A stretch of DNA of 64,000 nucleotides, taken from the NCBI GenBank assembly GCA_002104945.1, contig MCFH01000016.1:496001-560000 (forward strand), read 5' to 3'. The DNA is from Piromyces finnis finn (Eukaryota; Fungi; Neocallimastigomycota). The translations under genes and the position numbers were made by a program. This document shows, piece after piece, positions 45,945-60,056 of this stretch. The notes beneath the pieces were generated by a model. The model was not told the origin of the DNA, ran no database searches, and saw only the letters and a list, made by a program, of their open reading frames with translations. Positions within the stretch are counted from its first letter, which is position 1; each line of letters starts with the position of its first letter.

Positions 45945-47877
45945 TTATTTTATTATTACCTTTTTTTTTTTTTTTTTTTTTTTAATTTTAAAATTTGTTT
46001 TTAATAAAATATTTTTCCTACAGAAACTGAAATACCAATGAGGAATAAATATAAAAATAAATCATTAACTAAAATTTCTATATATAATTTATATTGATTA
46101 ACTAAAGAAATAAATTTATTAAGAATTGGTATTGGTAATAAATCGAGTTGTTTAGATATTCCTTTTTTAATATTGAATGCCTTGATAATATAAAATATAT
46201 TAATAATTACAATAAATATTTAAATATTATCGCTTATAAATTTATTAATTAATAGATATATAAATACTTACATATTGATAACCTATTTGACCTGATAATA
46301 ATGTTATTTCTAATAATACTAAACAACTCCATGGTGTCTTTTTATATTAATAATTATATGTATATGTCGAAAAGTTTATTATTAAAAATAAATTAATATA
46401 TATATAAGTGTTTAAATAATAATTTATGAACTTACCATTCCAAATATTGATTTATTTTGAGACAAAGTGTCCATATTAGCTAATCTATAAAAGAAGTATT
46501 TAATGGTAGAGAAGCTATTTTCTTTAGCATCTTCATGTACTGCAACAAGACTTACATAAATAACAATCATTGAGTAAATATAAATGACAATTGTATGAAT
46601 GAATTTACTTATACTACAATATTGATTATATTTTTCTTCTGCAATTTTTTGTTCTTCACTAGTTTTTTCATCAACATTTAAAAAGTCAAACATTTTACCC
46701 AAAGCTTCAAATGGTTTATCAGAAGTTAATAAGGCATCCATATTGTTTTTAATATCATGTATATTGTTAATTGGTGTAGCATTTGAAAATTGTCCATAAG
46801 ATTGGCCATTATTAGTATTACTTTTATTAAATTCTTCCTTAAGCATTTCTCTAAATAACATTCTAGAAAAATCGTTTGCTTCAGTATTTTTAATATTTGT
46901 ATTAGCTTCAGTATTAACATTTGAATTATTAGTCGATACTTCTTTTGTTTGAACTATTTCAGAATCATATATACCACTATTATTTCTACTAGTAGTTTCA
47001 CTTTTACTATTAATTGAATTTATACTATTTACTGAGTTATTTCTTGATAAATCATTATTATTTATATTTTCTGGTTCATTTAATAATTGTGTATTATTTT
47101 CTTCTTGAATTTTTGTAGCGCTATTGACTATTAAAATTTAAATGAATATAATTAAATATAACAATTAATAAATAATATATAATATCATATAATTAAATAT
47201 GCAATTATATAATTTTTATAACTATTATTTATGATTATTTATGCTTAAATTATAAATAAGAATAATCATAATAAGAAAAATATATGATAGTATTATTAAT
47301 ATTCCTGATATTTACTTGAAGTTTTTGATGGAGTTCTTTCCATTCCATGATGATGGATTGAACGTATGCTAGATTCTCTTGAAAGACTTGAATCGTCTTT
47401 TTCTGAATCATAGTAACTGCTACCTTGTGAATAAGTTTTAGTTATTCTAGAGAGTCTTTCATGGGAAGATTCTAAAATTCTTTTTTTACGTAACTCTCTT
47501 TGACGTTTTAATCTTTCTTCTTTTGAAAGATTTTTTGAAGACTTACGTGTAATAAGTTCAGGTGTTTTTTCAGTATTTTTAGCATTTGTAGAAGATTCAG
47601 AATTAGAAGGTGTTACTTCATTATTAGTTGTATCATTTGATTTTGATGTACCATCAACAGCTGATGTATTTATTGTTGAATTTATTTCTGGAGTTTCAGT
47701 TTTTATTTCTTCGGGAATTGGTGGTTTTTGAGTATTTTCATCTTGATTTTCTTGCATTAAAGTTTCCGCTATTTTATTTTTTTCTGAATCAACAACTAAA
47801 TTCTCTTGAATTTCTTTTTGAATTTCAATAGGATTAATATTTGTTAATTCATTATTTGAAATTTCTGTATTTTCCAT
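45945..47877 (-). CDS. GET2/CAML-like ER insertase subunit, multi-exon; 3' end approximate
   Basis: Basic helix ERLKRQRELRKKRILESSHERLSRITK matches the Get2/CAML N-terminal motif. Three C-terminal hydrophobic segments (FIHTIVIYIYSMIVIYVSLVAV; PWSCLVLLEITLL; ILVNDLFLYLFLIGISV). Confidence 0.7.
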
Positions 47878-49435
47878 TTTTGAACTTCCTATTTTAAATC
47901 CCTTTAAATAATAATGATAATAAGTATTTAATAATTATATAAACATATAAATCTCAAATTCAAATTAATCTAATATGATATTATTGATTATTTTATTATT
48001 TAATAAATTTATTTATTTATTATAGATAACTTAATACCTTTTTTTTTTTTTTTTTTATAGTCTTAAATTTTTTACAATAATAAATAATTTTAATATTTTA
48101 ATTTATTTTACAAATAAAACCTATGTTTAATATTTATTATTCAAAAATATTATTTTACTTTAGTCAATATATATATTTACATTTGTTTGAGGGAAAAATT
48201 ACTATTCCATTTTTTAATTTATTAATTTTTTTTTTAAAAATATTTTATTAAAAAACTTTTATATACCTTTATTTTGTTTAAATTTAAATAAATCAAATAA
48301 ATAATGATAATATTTTTTTTTATTATATTATTTATTTGGTTTAATGTTTTCTTAACTTTATTTGGGTTTAAGATTATAGAGATTTTTATTTATATGAAAA
48401 AAAAACAATATATATTAATAAAAAAATATATAAAAATACTATATTTTCTATATTTTAATTAAATAAATAAAAAATAATTAATGCTAATTTTTAAATATAA
48501 TTAATAAAAATCTTGATAATTATTATACCAGTAATTCAGTACTACATTTTCAGACTTAGCATAAAAACATACAGTTAATTTATATAATTAATAATAATTC
48601 ATGATCAACCAATCATTTTATGGTTATATGTTTTAATATTCAAGGTATAATAAGCTATAGTAGAAAAAAAATAAATAGTATCCTATAGTAAGAATATTTA
48701 AACTATTTTACTTTTTAAGTAATAAAAATCGAATAAAATATAATTACTTATTATTTTTATTTATTGATATAAAGTAATTATAAAAATCATTTATTTAGTA
48801 TTTATTATTGAATACTATGTGGCTTATATACTTATATCAATATGTAATTATTTTATTTAAATATGGCTTGACTATTGTAAAAAATAATGAATAAATATGA
48901 ATATTTAAACAAAATAATTATTTAAATATTTAATAATTTTAATCAATCATTAAATATTTAAAATTTAAAAAACATATTCCATATATTACTTTATATTGCA
49001 ATATATTAAAAATATTATATATATGTTTTTTTTTTTTTTTTTTTTTTTATTTTTTAAATTTGTCTTTATTCAAATATATATTTTTTTATATAATTATTAA
49101 CAAGATAAAATAAAGGTAAAAGAAGAAAAAAGAAGTTTTTATTATTGAGTTGACAATTATTCTGGATATAATAATATAATCATTAATTTATTTGTTCCAA
49201 ATAATATTAATTTATTACATATTTTGAAATATAATAAAATTGAAAAATTGATTTAACATTAAAATTGATTAATAAAACAACTAACAATAAAAGTCGTTAT
49301 TATCTATTATTATATCATTATTAGTTTAATTAAATGATAAAAATAATTCATTTTATAATATATTTAAAAATAATTATTAATTATTTGTAATAGTAAACTA
49401 AAATTTTGTAAAAATTATATAACATTTAAAGAAAA

Positions 49436-52400
49436 ATGGCAAAGACAAAAAAAAGTACAAAGAGATTTGTTCAAAACAAATTAAAAGGTGAATTAGAAAG
49501 AAGAAAACAATATAAAAAGAAAAAGGAACTTTATGGAGGTGGTAAACCAAAAGGAAAAAAGATTCCAGAGCATTATCAACAAAAAGAGGAAGAGGATAAC
49601 ACTGAAAATTTAATTACTGAAGAAGATGAAGATCTTTGGGATGAAATCCAAAATACTGAAGATAATGAATTAGAAGATGAAGAAGAGGAAGATGATGAAG
49701 AAGAAATGGAAGAAGATGAAGATAATGAATTAGAAGCTGATGAAGAAGAAGAAGAAGATATTAATGAAATTGAAGAACATATGAAACAATTAGAAGATTT
49801 AAAGGAGAAAGATCCTGAATTTTACAAATTTTTACAAGAAAATGATAAAGAATTACTTAATTTTGGTAATGATGAACCAGAAGAACAAGAACAAGAGCCC
49901 GTAAGTTATAATTATCAACTATAAATCATATAAAATACATTTAAATAATTTTGTAATAAAAATTATTTAAATTTGAATATATAGGAAGAAATTCAAGAAG
50001 GTGAAATTGATGAATTAGATGAAGTTCCAAAAGCAAAAATGTTAACTAAATTTATGATTATAAATTGGCAAAAGCAAATTGTTGAAAAGAATTCATTAAA
50101 ATCAGCTAAAAAAATGATTTTAGCTCTTCGTGCAGCAGCAGCTATTGATGAAGAATATGCTGAAGGAAAAGAATTTAGTTATTCTATTGATAATGTTTCA
50201 AGTAATTATTTTTTTTAAAGATATATGATTTATATATAAAAGTAAAAGTATGAATTAAATTAATTTTTCATTAAAATTATTTATCCAATTGATATAAATA
50301 GTTTTTAATAAGCTAGTTTTAACCGCAGTTAAATATATCACTCCTGTATTTAATAATTATCTTGGTTATACTGAAGACAAGTAAATATTATATAGAAAAT
50401 TTAAAATTATTAATTATTTAATTATTTATAAAAAATATTTCATGCTTTTTTAACTATCAATAGTAAACAATTACCATCTCAAAATAAGAAATGGAGCAGA
50501 GTTCAACCATTGGTTAAACATTATTTACAAAATATTATTCGTTTATTAAAACAATTAACTGATCAAAAAATTTTATATTTCGTATGCAAACATTCACAAG
50601 CTTCAATTAAATATTTTGCTTGCTTCCCAAAATTATCTAAGGAATACTTAAAACTTATGTTAAACTTTTGGGCTATTTCAGAAGAAAAAATTAAAATTGT
50701 TTCATTTTTAAATATTAGAAGTCTTGCTTTATGCTCTTCTCAGCTTATGAACATTTCATTAAAGGTAAATTAATGCTAAGATTGATATATAAAAAATATT
50801 ATAAAATATTTTTATTAATAAAAATCAAATTCTAATTACAATTATCTCTTATATATATATTTTAATATTATTATAAATTTAACTAATAATCTAAAATTTG
50901 AAAAATCTATATATTTAATTATTTATTAAATTTAAATTCAGGGTATATATTTAGCATTTGTTCGTAATTGCAAAGCTACTTCCATTCATACATGGACAAT
51001 TATCAATTTTATGATGAATTGTGTTGTTGAATTATATGGTTTAGATTTCGTTGCTTCATATCAAACTGCATTTGTTTATATTCGTCAATTAGCTATTCAA
51101 TTAAGAAATGCTATTATTCTTAAAAAGAAGGAATCATTTAAGATTGTATATAATTGGCAATATGTTCATTGTTTACGTCTTTGGTGTCGTTTAGTCTCAA
51201 CTTATTGTGATTACACAACAGGCACAGATGAATCTGAAAACATCTTATTCTCATTAATTTACCCAATTACTCAAATTACAATAGGAACCATATGGTAAAA
51301 TATTAGTATAACTTGTATATAATTTTTTTATACAAATGATTTTTATTAATTATTATAATAATAATTTTATTTTTTATTAATAAAATTTATTATAAAGTCT
51401 TGTTCCAACAGCTCGTTTCTTCCCTCTTCGTTTCCACTGTATTAGAGCATTATTAGAAGTTAATGAAAAGACTGGAACTTATATTCCACTTGCTCCATAT
51501 TTATTTGAAGTAATTAAATTAATAATTTTTGTATATTTTAATTAATATATAGTTATATTAAATAAATATATCTTCTGCTTGAATTATTATTTTAAAATAA
51601 ATATTTAATAGGTTTTAAATTCATCAGAAATTCAACAAAAAGCTAAAGCTTCTACTTTAAAAGCCTTTGATTTTAGATTTAATATTAAGACCAACAAGTC
51701 ATACCTTCACACTCGTATTTACCAAGTAAATATCTAAATTCAAAAATATTATTTATATTTAAATGTATGGTCGAGAAATTTTAACGTATAGTTTGACATA
51801 TTTAAATAAAATAGGATGGTTTAGCTGAAGAAACTTTATCATTATTATTATGTTTTTATGCTCAAAGTTCAAATTCTATTGCTTTTCCAGAATTAGCTAT
51901 TCCAGCTCAAATTCAAGTAAATTTTTATTTTATATTTGAATTATAAATAACATATTTAAAATATTTAATATAAGGAAAACGAAACTTGTTGCTCTAATAT
52001 TTAATTCATTTAATTATAATTATAAAAAATAATAGTTAAAACGTTTTATTAAAAAATTAAAGAACATTAAAATTAATAAACAAGTTCAACAATTATTAGA
52101 AAAAATAAATCAAACATCTAAATTTATTGAATCTCAACGTTCAGCCGTTGATTTCAGTCCAAGTGAAAAAGAAAAAGTTGTATGTATAAACAATGTTATT
52201 TTTTTTTTTAAAAGTTAAGTGAATTATAATTAATCATAATAATAAATAATATTAATTCTCACTATTTCTGTATATGTAAAGATGGCTTTTGAAAGAGGTA
52301 TTAAGGCAAATGAAACTCCTATAGGAAAATATTATACTTCTATTAAGAAAATTCAAGAAAGAAAAGAACAAGATGTTGCTAATATGAACGAATCAAAGGT

Positions 52401-52682
52401 AATAAATAAGTTATAAATAAATTTTTAATCGTATTATGTTATTTATATATATTTGTTGCTAATGTATTTTATTAGGGTCTTCCAAATACTACTAATAAAA
52501 AGAATAAAAATAAGAACAAAAATAAGAAGCAAGCTATTGAAGAAGAAAAGAGTGAAGCTGAAGAAATGGAAAATGAAGATGAAGAAATTAGCAATGAAGT
52601 TAATGATTCAGACTTTGATGATATGGATGAAGATAATGATATGGATATTGTTGAAGACTTTGTATTATCTGATGATGAATAG
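49436..52682 (+). CDS. NOC2: Nucleolar complex protein 2 (NOC2), multi-exon
   Basis: MAKTKKSTKRFVQNKLKGELERRK, HMKQLEDLKEKDPEFYKFLQEND, LYGLD..YQTAFVYIRQLAIQLRNA, VYNWQYVH, PTARFFPLRFH, SIAFPELAIP and an acidic C-terminus. Confidence 0.95.
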
Positions 52683-53594
52683 ATAAAATTTAATGAATAT
52701 AAAAATATCAATAGCAATAAATAATTTATCATCATCATATATTTTGAATTTGAATAATAATAATATATTTTATAAAAGTTAAAAATTATAAATAGGAAAA
52801 CTGAAAATTTTATAATTTTAGCATTTAAAAAGTATATTTATTTTATGTTATTTTTTCTTAATTTAATAATCAATTTAGAATTTCAAAAATTTATATATAA
52901 ATTATTTTTTTAGAGTTTTATTTAATTACTATATAAACAATTTTTTATTGTATTAAAATAACATAATAGAAAAAATAAAAAATAAAAAAAAAATTATTAA
53001 ATTTAATTATATAAAATCATTTGAAAAAAATTAATAATATTTATTAAATATAAAAAAGATTATTAATAATATAACAATCTATTAAATAATTATCCATTTA
53101 TTATATATTATATATATTTTTAATTTGTTAAGATTCTAAAAATCATTTATTATGATTGGATAAAATGAATAATTTGGTAATAATATATAACAAATAATTT
53201 AATAAAATATTTTTAGACTTTCTCTTTGAATTTTTATTGTGGTTAGATTTCAATATTAAGGTATGAATATGTTATTTTAAGTTAATTTGGTGGTTATTGT
53301 CGTCCACCATTTAACAGTAGAAATTGGTTGATTTAACCATATCTATCATTTAAGTAAATGATAAATGATGGATTGGACAATAATCCCAATAATATAATAT
53401 ATTTAATAAAGATGAGAGTGTTAAATTTATATTTAAAGAAGTAATATAATATAAAGGCTTATTGACTCGTATCTTATGTTTTATATATTATTACAATATA
53501 AATATAAAGTTACGACACTCGTATGGCCGTCACTTGTTTACTAACATTATATTTTTACTATAAAATAAAACAAAAATAGATTCAGTGAATCAAC

Positions 53595-54216
53595 ATGGTC
53601 AGAATCTCCGTCTTAGCTGATTGCCTTAAGTCCATTGTCAACGCCGAAAAGGTTGGTAAGAGACAAGTTATGGTCCGCCCATCCTCCAAGGTTATTGTCA
53701 AGTTCCTTTCAGTTATGCAAAAGCATGGTATGTATAATCAAATAATTAACAATATACTTAATTTTCGAAGTAATAACTGGATGGAGTTCTTAATAATTGT
53801 GGACTTTGTTTTTTAATGCTTCGATAAAATAATTTTTTAAAGTTTACTTGTAGTAAAGTTTATATAAATGAACTTTATTCTCATTCATTAAATCACATAA
53901 ATAACATAATTAAATTAAACATGATTACTAAATTATTTTTAATCATTAAATAATAGGTTACATTGGTGAATTTGAAATCATTGATGACCACCGTTCTGGT
54001 AAGATTGTTATCCAACTTAACGGTCGTCTTAACAAGTGTGGTGTTATCTCCCCAAGATTCAACGTTAAGTTAAATGATTTCGAAAAATGGATTAACGATC
54101 TTCTCCCATCCCGTCAATTCGGTTACATCGTTCTTACCACTTCTGCTGGTATCATGGATCATGAAGAAGCCAGAAGAAAGAAGACTGGTGGTAAGATCCT
54201 TGGTTTCTTCTACTAG
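53595..54216 (+). CDS. RPS15A: 40S ribosomal protein S15a/S22 (uS8); exons 53595-53727 and 53957-54216; probable 5'UTR intron 53261-53579
   Basis: [19 protein letters not shown]...MQKHG|[17 protein letters not shown]...GGKILGFFY*. Upstream GTATGA donor, TACTAAC at 53539 and AG at 53578-53579. Confidence 0.97.
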
Positions 54217-54597
54217 ATTGATTGTTTAAAGTTACAATTAAACGACAATTTAAATTAAATAAACACAATTAAAAATTAAAAAAATAATAAATTTTATTTT
54301 GTTTATACTTTTTGTGTGTATTTATTAAAAATTAAGATAATTTCTAATGTGTGTTAATAAAATAAGTTTTTTAGAATAAGTGATTAATGAAAAATGAATT
54401 TGAATTTTTAGAGTAAAATGTGTTAATATTCTTTTTATTTAGAAAATATAATAATAGATTATTTTTAAAAATTTAGTTAATTTTATTTTATTCAATTAAT
54501 AAAGTAATAAGTTGTTTTTATTTATTATTACAAATTTATTTCTAAAAGGTCAGTTTTTAATATATATTCTTTATGATATCTATTACTTTGTTAAAGT

Positions 54598-57500
54598 TTA
54601 AAATGGACAGTCTCTGGCAATATGTCCATGCTTTCATAATGAAAAGAGAATAATAATATATTTTAAATAATATTAATAATATTAATTTAGGATAAGAATT
54701 TCAATGTTAAAAGCAATAATTTTATAATTTTATTTTTTACCTTTCCACAGCGGAAACATCCAACAGACTCTCTACGTCTTCTACCTCCAGGATCTCTGGA
54801 ATAAGTATAACTTTTACTTTTACGATATTCTTCAAATTTATCATCAGAAAGACCTGATAGTCCTCCTGAAGTAGCTATAGTTGGTGTTGTTGAATTTATA
54901 CCAATTCCCATATATTTATTTTCAAGGGTGCGAACTTCTCCACCTTTAACTGGTTCTACAATACCCTTTTCTTCTTTACCTAAACCTGTACCTGACCAAC
55001 CTAATTATTTTAATTTTTTTTTTTTTTTTTAAAAAAAGAAATAATAGTAATTGTACATTAATTTATACATTAATAATAGTTGAATGAAAGTTTATCCTTT
55101 CTAATAAATTATTTACCCAATTTCTTCATCATTTGGAAACCAATATTATTTTTATCAAGACCTCCTGAAATTTCAGTTGGTGTTGGTTGTGGTTGTGCAC
55201 CTAATCCAGCACCTCCAGAATTCATCATAAAGTTATTTGCTTGATTCATTGAAAGTGGGAATCCGTCTTCATCTTCAGAATCTCTATAATTCCTACTTCT
55301 ACTTCTACTACGGCTTCTGCTGTTACTGCTGTTGCTTCTACTACTACTATAACTGCTACTACGACTTCTACTTCTACTCTTGCTTCTTCTACCTCTTGAG
55401 TAGCTTCTGTCGCTACTATAACTTCTTTTACTACTACTATGATGTGATTTTGATGTACTATGCTTACTATGGTGTCTTGACCTTGATCTGGATCTGGATC
55501 TAGATCTAGATCTTGATGTACTTTTATTACGGCTTTTGTGAGAATGATGATCTCTTCTACTTCTACTTCTGCTTCTACTTCTGCTTCTACTCTTACTTCG
55601 ACTATAACTTCTGCTTCTTCCACGACTACGACTACGACTACGACTTCTAGAACGAGAACGAGGATGGTAACGCTCTTCTTTTTTCTTCTTTTCCTCTTCT
55701 TTTTGCTTCTTTCTTTCATCATACAAAAAGTCTAAATAACCTTTTTCCCAACCTTCTTTTTCAAATATGATTTTCTTTTTTGTTGTTTTGTTATTATTGG
55801 ATGTTACATTTTCAGTTGAATTTGATTTTATTTCATTTCCATCTTTATCTAATAATTCTTTTTGTTCTTCTAACCCTGTATAAAATTCATCAATAGCTTT
55901 TAATAATTCAGAAGTTGGTTGTTTACATTGGTATGGTGCTGTTATTTGTTCAACTTTTATTGGTGTATATGGACTTTCATTCTGAATAGTATTAAAAAAT
56001 ATATTTTATGATTAGTATTTGAAGTTTATATCTAATTTCCATATATCTAAAAATTTTATTATATAATTAATTATTACCCATCCACATAATACACTTAATC
56101 CAGCTGGTAATTCATAATACTTTTTATTAACAGGTGGGTTTATTTGTTGTTGAACCATTGGTGGAGGTTGTATCATTTGAGGTGGTGGAATCATTATATT
56201 GTTAGGTGGTGGTGGTCCATTCATTCCAGGTCCTGGTGGCCCGTTCATTGGTGGAGGAATCATTGGTTGTTGCGAGACCATACCATTTTTTAAAGCATTA
56301 ATAAATCCCATTTCGAAATAGTTTTTGCTTTCCCAAATTGATATAATCTTTTATATGTTATTATAAATTTATTATTAATAAGTGAAAATATGATTTATTA
56401 AAAATATTTATTTCGGATTTTAAATATCAAGATATAAAGAATATATACTTGATTTGTTTTCTAGTTGATGTTTTTATATTTTAATAATTTTAATTAACTT
56501 TTGCTATTTTTATTCTTATTATTTACCTTATATAAGCTGTCTATTTCTTCTTTTGTTAGTATCATTGAATGATATATCATATTAAATAATGGTATTAAGA
56601 AATGACACATTTGTTGTTTAACCCATGATTTATTTCGATCATCGCTATAAGTAGGAAATAAATAAAATAATAAATAAAAATAGAAATAATTTATTTTAAA
56701 AAAACAATTTATTTTTTAAATTTAATTATTATATATCTTATTTTTTATCTACCTATGAAATAAAACATCATTAATTAAATATGTTATATGAAGTTTTTCT
56801 TTGAAATTTCTCTTAGATTGAGTGTATGCGATTAATAATGGTCCTAATTGATCAATAAAAAGTGTTGTGTTACAATGATCAAATACCCAATTTGTTCCTT
56901 TCTAATATATTAATGTATAATAATTGCGTTAATTATAATTCGACTTAATAAAATTGTTATGGGATAATATTTATTTATTTTTTCTTTTTTTTAGTGTTAT
57001 AATAAAATTTTCAAACATTTACTTTAATATTTGCTAGTGAACAATCTTTAGTTATTAATTCTAATAATTCAATAAATTCATTTCCATTGATATTTGTAAA
57101 ACTATTAAAACGTTCCAGTACCATTCCTACTGAATTTTGTTGAGGATTCATTTGTGACATTTGTTGATTTGTTGGAGGCATAAAATTATTTGAATTGGGT
57201 GGTGGCATATATATCATATTTGGTCCTTGATTAAATTGGTTCACTAATATTGAAAAAAAATAATATATTAAAAATTTGTTATATAATATAATATCATAAA
57301 TATATTATTTGTATATCTTTATTATATTTCTTTTATTACAGAAATATTAAGAAACATTTGATATATTTTTCATTTATTTATTTTTTTCCTCTTATAAAAA
57401 AAAAAAAAACGGATCATTCATTATATTATAAATTTGAAATTTATAAATTTCAAATTGATTTATTAATTCTATTAATGCTATTTTGAATATAATCAAATTT

Positions 57501-57894
57501 AATAAGAATTTCTTTCTTTAATTTCATTATTTTATCATTATTAAATTATTTATTTGTAAATATTTCTACTTCATCTTTCGAATGAAAAGCTGTTTATTTT
57601 TCATTTTTCATTTTAACAATTAATATTATTTTATAATTTCATTTTAAAATGTTCAATATTTATGATACTTTTTAAGAAATTATATAATGTTATTGAAATA
57701 GTTTAATTACTTTTCATAAAATTCATTGGTGGTTGCATGGTCATTCCTGGAGGTGGTGTCATATTTTGCATCATGTTTTGCACATTTTGCATATTTTGCA
57801 TGCTCTGTATATTTTGAATATTTTGCATAGGCATATTATTAGAACCATTGTTTCCATTACCATTACCGTTATGCCAAGGTGCTGCAAAAGCCAT
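54598..57894 (-). CDS. CHERP: CHERP-like splicing factor: P/Q/M-rich N-terminus, CID-like domain, RS domain, G-patch, terminal CCHC knuckle; multi-exon
   Basis: LITKDCSLANIK..WVFD (CID start), YYELPAGL, ELLKAIDEFY, long RS tract, G-patch LDKNNIGFQMMKKLG|WSGTGLGKEEKGIVEPVKGGEVR, and FEEYRKSKSY. This is the motif order known for CHERP. Confidence 0.8.
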
Positions 57895-58707
57895 TTTATT
57901 TTAAATTATTTATATCAAAAGATTGACTTTTTTACAGTATCTTGAAATCCCTTTTCTATAATATTACATATAAATAGTATATTTTTAATTATTTTTAATT
58001 ATTATGTTTTTTATGTACTATGTTTAATTAAAAAATTAATGAATGTGAAATGTATGTAAATAAATGTAAATTAATGTATTAATGTAGTAGTTAATATTAA
58101 ATATTAAAGATAATCAAATTAAAAATTGGTATTTACAGAATTTTTTTAATATTGGAAAAATTTAAATAAGAATAGAATAAAATTAATTAAAGAAAAATCA
58201 TCTTTGTAAATATTAAATTTATTTATAGTTGTAAATAAGTAATTAAAAAAAACTTCATTAATTCTTCTATAGTTTTTTTTCTTTTTCTTTTTTCTTTTCT
58301 TTTTCTTTTATTATCCTAATAATATATAAACTTTTCATATATCATTGATTTGTATAAAAATCATTATATTTTAACATAACGTTTATATTTTTAAACTTCA
58401 AAGTTATTTTTTTTTAATAAATTAATTTTAAACATTTAATATTTTTAAAAGAATTTGATAATTACTTAAAAAGTAAGTTAATTTAAATCAGTATATTTCA
58501 TTATTAATATAATAATAACAATATTTATTTAAAGGCAAACAATAAATAAAGCAAATATTTTTATATGTTAATATGTAAATAATTATTTTTATTAATTAAT
58601 TTTTTTTTTAAATAGCTTTTTTTTTTTTTTTTTTTTTAGTATTTTTTAAAAAGTATTAGTATAAATTAATTTCATATAAACCTTTTTTTTACTTTTCAAA
58701 TAAGAAA

Positions 58708-59097
58708 ATGGAAAGCTTAGGTCAAAAATATTTAGAATTAAAAAACATTAAAGGACAATATACTGGCGGCGAATACAATGAAGTCGTTGATTCTGAATCA
58801 GGTGAAAAATATATGGTTATGAATGAGCTTTTACAAGAATTAGGTAAAGCAGGTACTTCTGTAGAAAGACTTTGTACTTTAATGGGTCCACCAGACACTA
58901 TGAGTCCAATCCTTCCAGGAGCTGTTGATGCTCCAACAGTTCCTTTAATGCCAGGTATTGCTCTTCCAGCTGGTGCTATTCAAACTGAACCAGCAGTCTA
59001 TATGATTTATTCATGGAGAGGAATGCATGATTATATTTGGTTCAAATTAAATAGTGACGAATCTGAAGTTGTTGAAGGTGGTTGGAAGAACAATTAA
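58708..59097 (+). CDS. Small intronless hypothetical protein, 129 aa
   Basis: Clean ORF with an aaaATG context, GC-richer than flanks and protein-like composition (…TLMGPPD…MIYSWRGMHDYIWF…GGWKNN). Confidence 0.75.
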   Translation: MESLGQKYLELKNIKGQYTGGEYNEVVDSESGEKYMVMNELLQELGKAGTSVERLCTLMGPPDTMSPILPGAVDAPTVPLMPGIALPAGAIQTEPAVYMIYSWRGMHDYIWFKLNSDESEVVEGGWKNN

Positions 59098-59414
59098 AAG
59101 AATTTTCTATTTTGAAAAATTATAGTATAATATAATTATTATTATTATATATATTAAAAATAATGTGAGGATAAAAAAAAATAATTATTATTAAAAAAAA
59201 AAAAAAAACAATTAAAAAATATGAATTTATATATTGTATTCAATATTATAAAAATAAAATATATAAATATAGATTAAATAACAATACATGTGTTGAATTT
59301 AAACAAACATTATTAATATAAATCTATATAAATAGGAAGAAATCATATTTTATTTTATTTTATTTTTAATTATTATTAATATGCATTTATTTTATTTTAT
59401 TTTATTTATTTATT

Positions 59415-59453
<39 letters not shown>

Positions 59454-60056
59454 AGTGAAAAATATGTAAATTAAAGTGTAAGTAAATTGTTTATTTAATG
59501 TTTTAAATGCTTAAGTATGTTAATTACAATTTATTTTAATAGGTTTAATACTTTTTTATAAAAATATCTAGAAAAGTTTGAATTTTATTTTATTATAATA
59601 AAGAAGCGAAAAAATAATTATCATGTAATAACACAATTAAGAAATAATACCAATTTTTATTATTAATATATGTAATTAAATAAAAATAATTGTTAAAATA
59701 AATATTGTTTTGAACAAAGATTAAAGTAATAAATAAGATTGTATCGGGAAGGTGTTTTTTTTTTTTTTTTTTTTTTTAAAGTTATTTCTTTAATTTGCAT
59801 TAAATATTCAAAAAGTTACTAATTCAATTAATACTATATATTTTAATATAAGGATTAATAACCAAATAATTGATTAATAATTTTATTAATTGATTTTTAT
59901 AAATATAAATATTAAGTTATATTAACAATCATCTATATAATTAATTTTTGAATTAAAAGCTTTTTTTTTTTTTTTTTTTTTTTTTTAATTATTGTTTATA
60001 ATATGTTTAAATTCATATTATTATACTAGATGTTTTAACATTATCAAACATATAAT

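Noticed and set aside
37828-47877. Apparent cluster of ER-biogenesis genes (EMC2, cyclophilin B, GET2-like)
   Set aside because: An unrelated WD40 gene and long spacers intervene. Three housekeeping genes in 10 kb is compatible with chance without synteny data.
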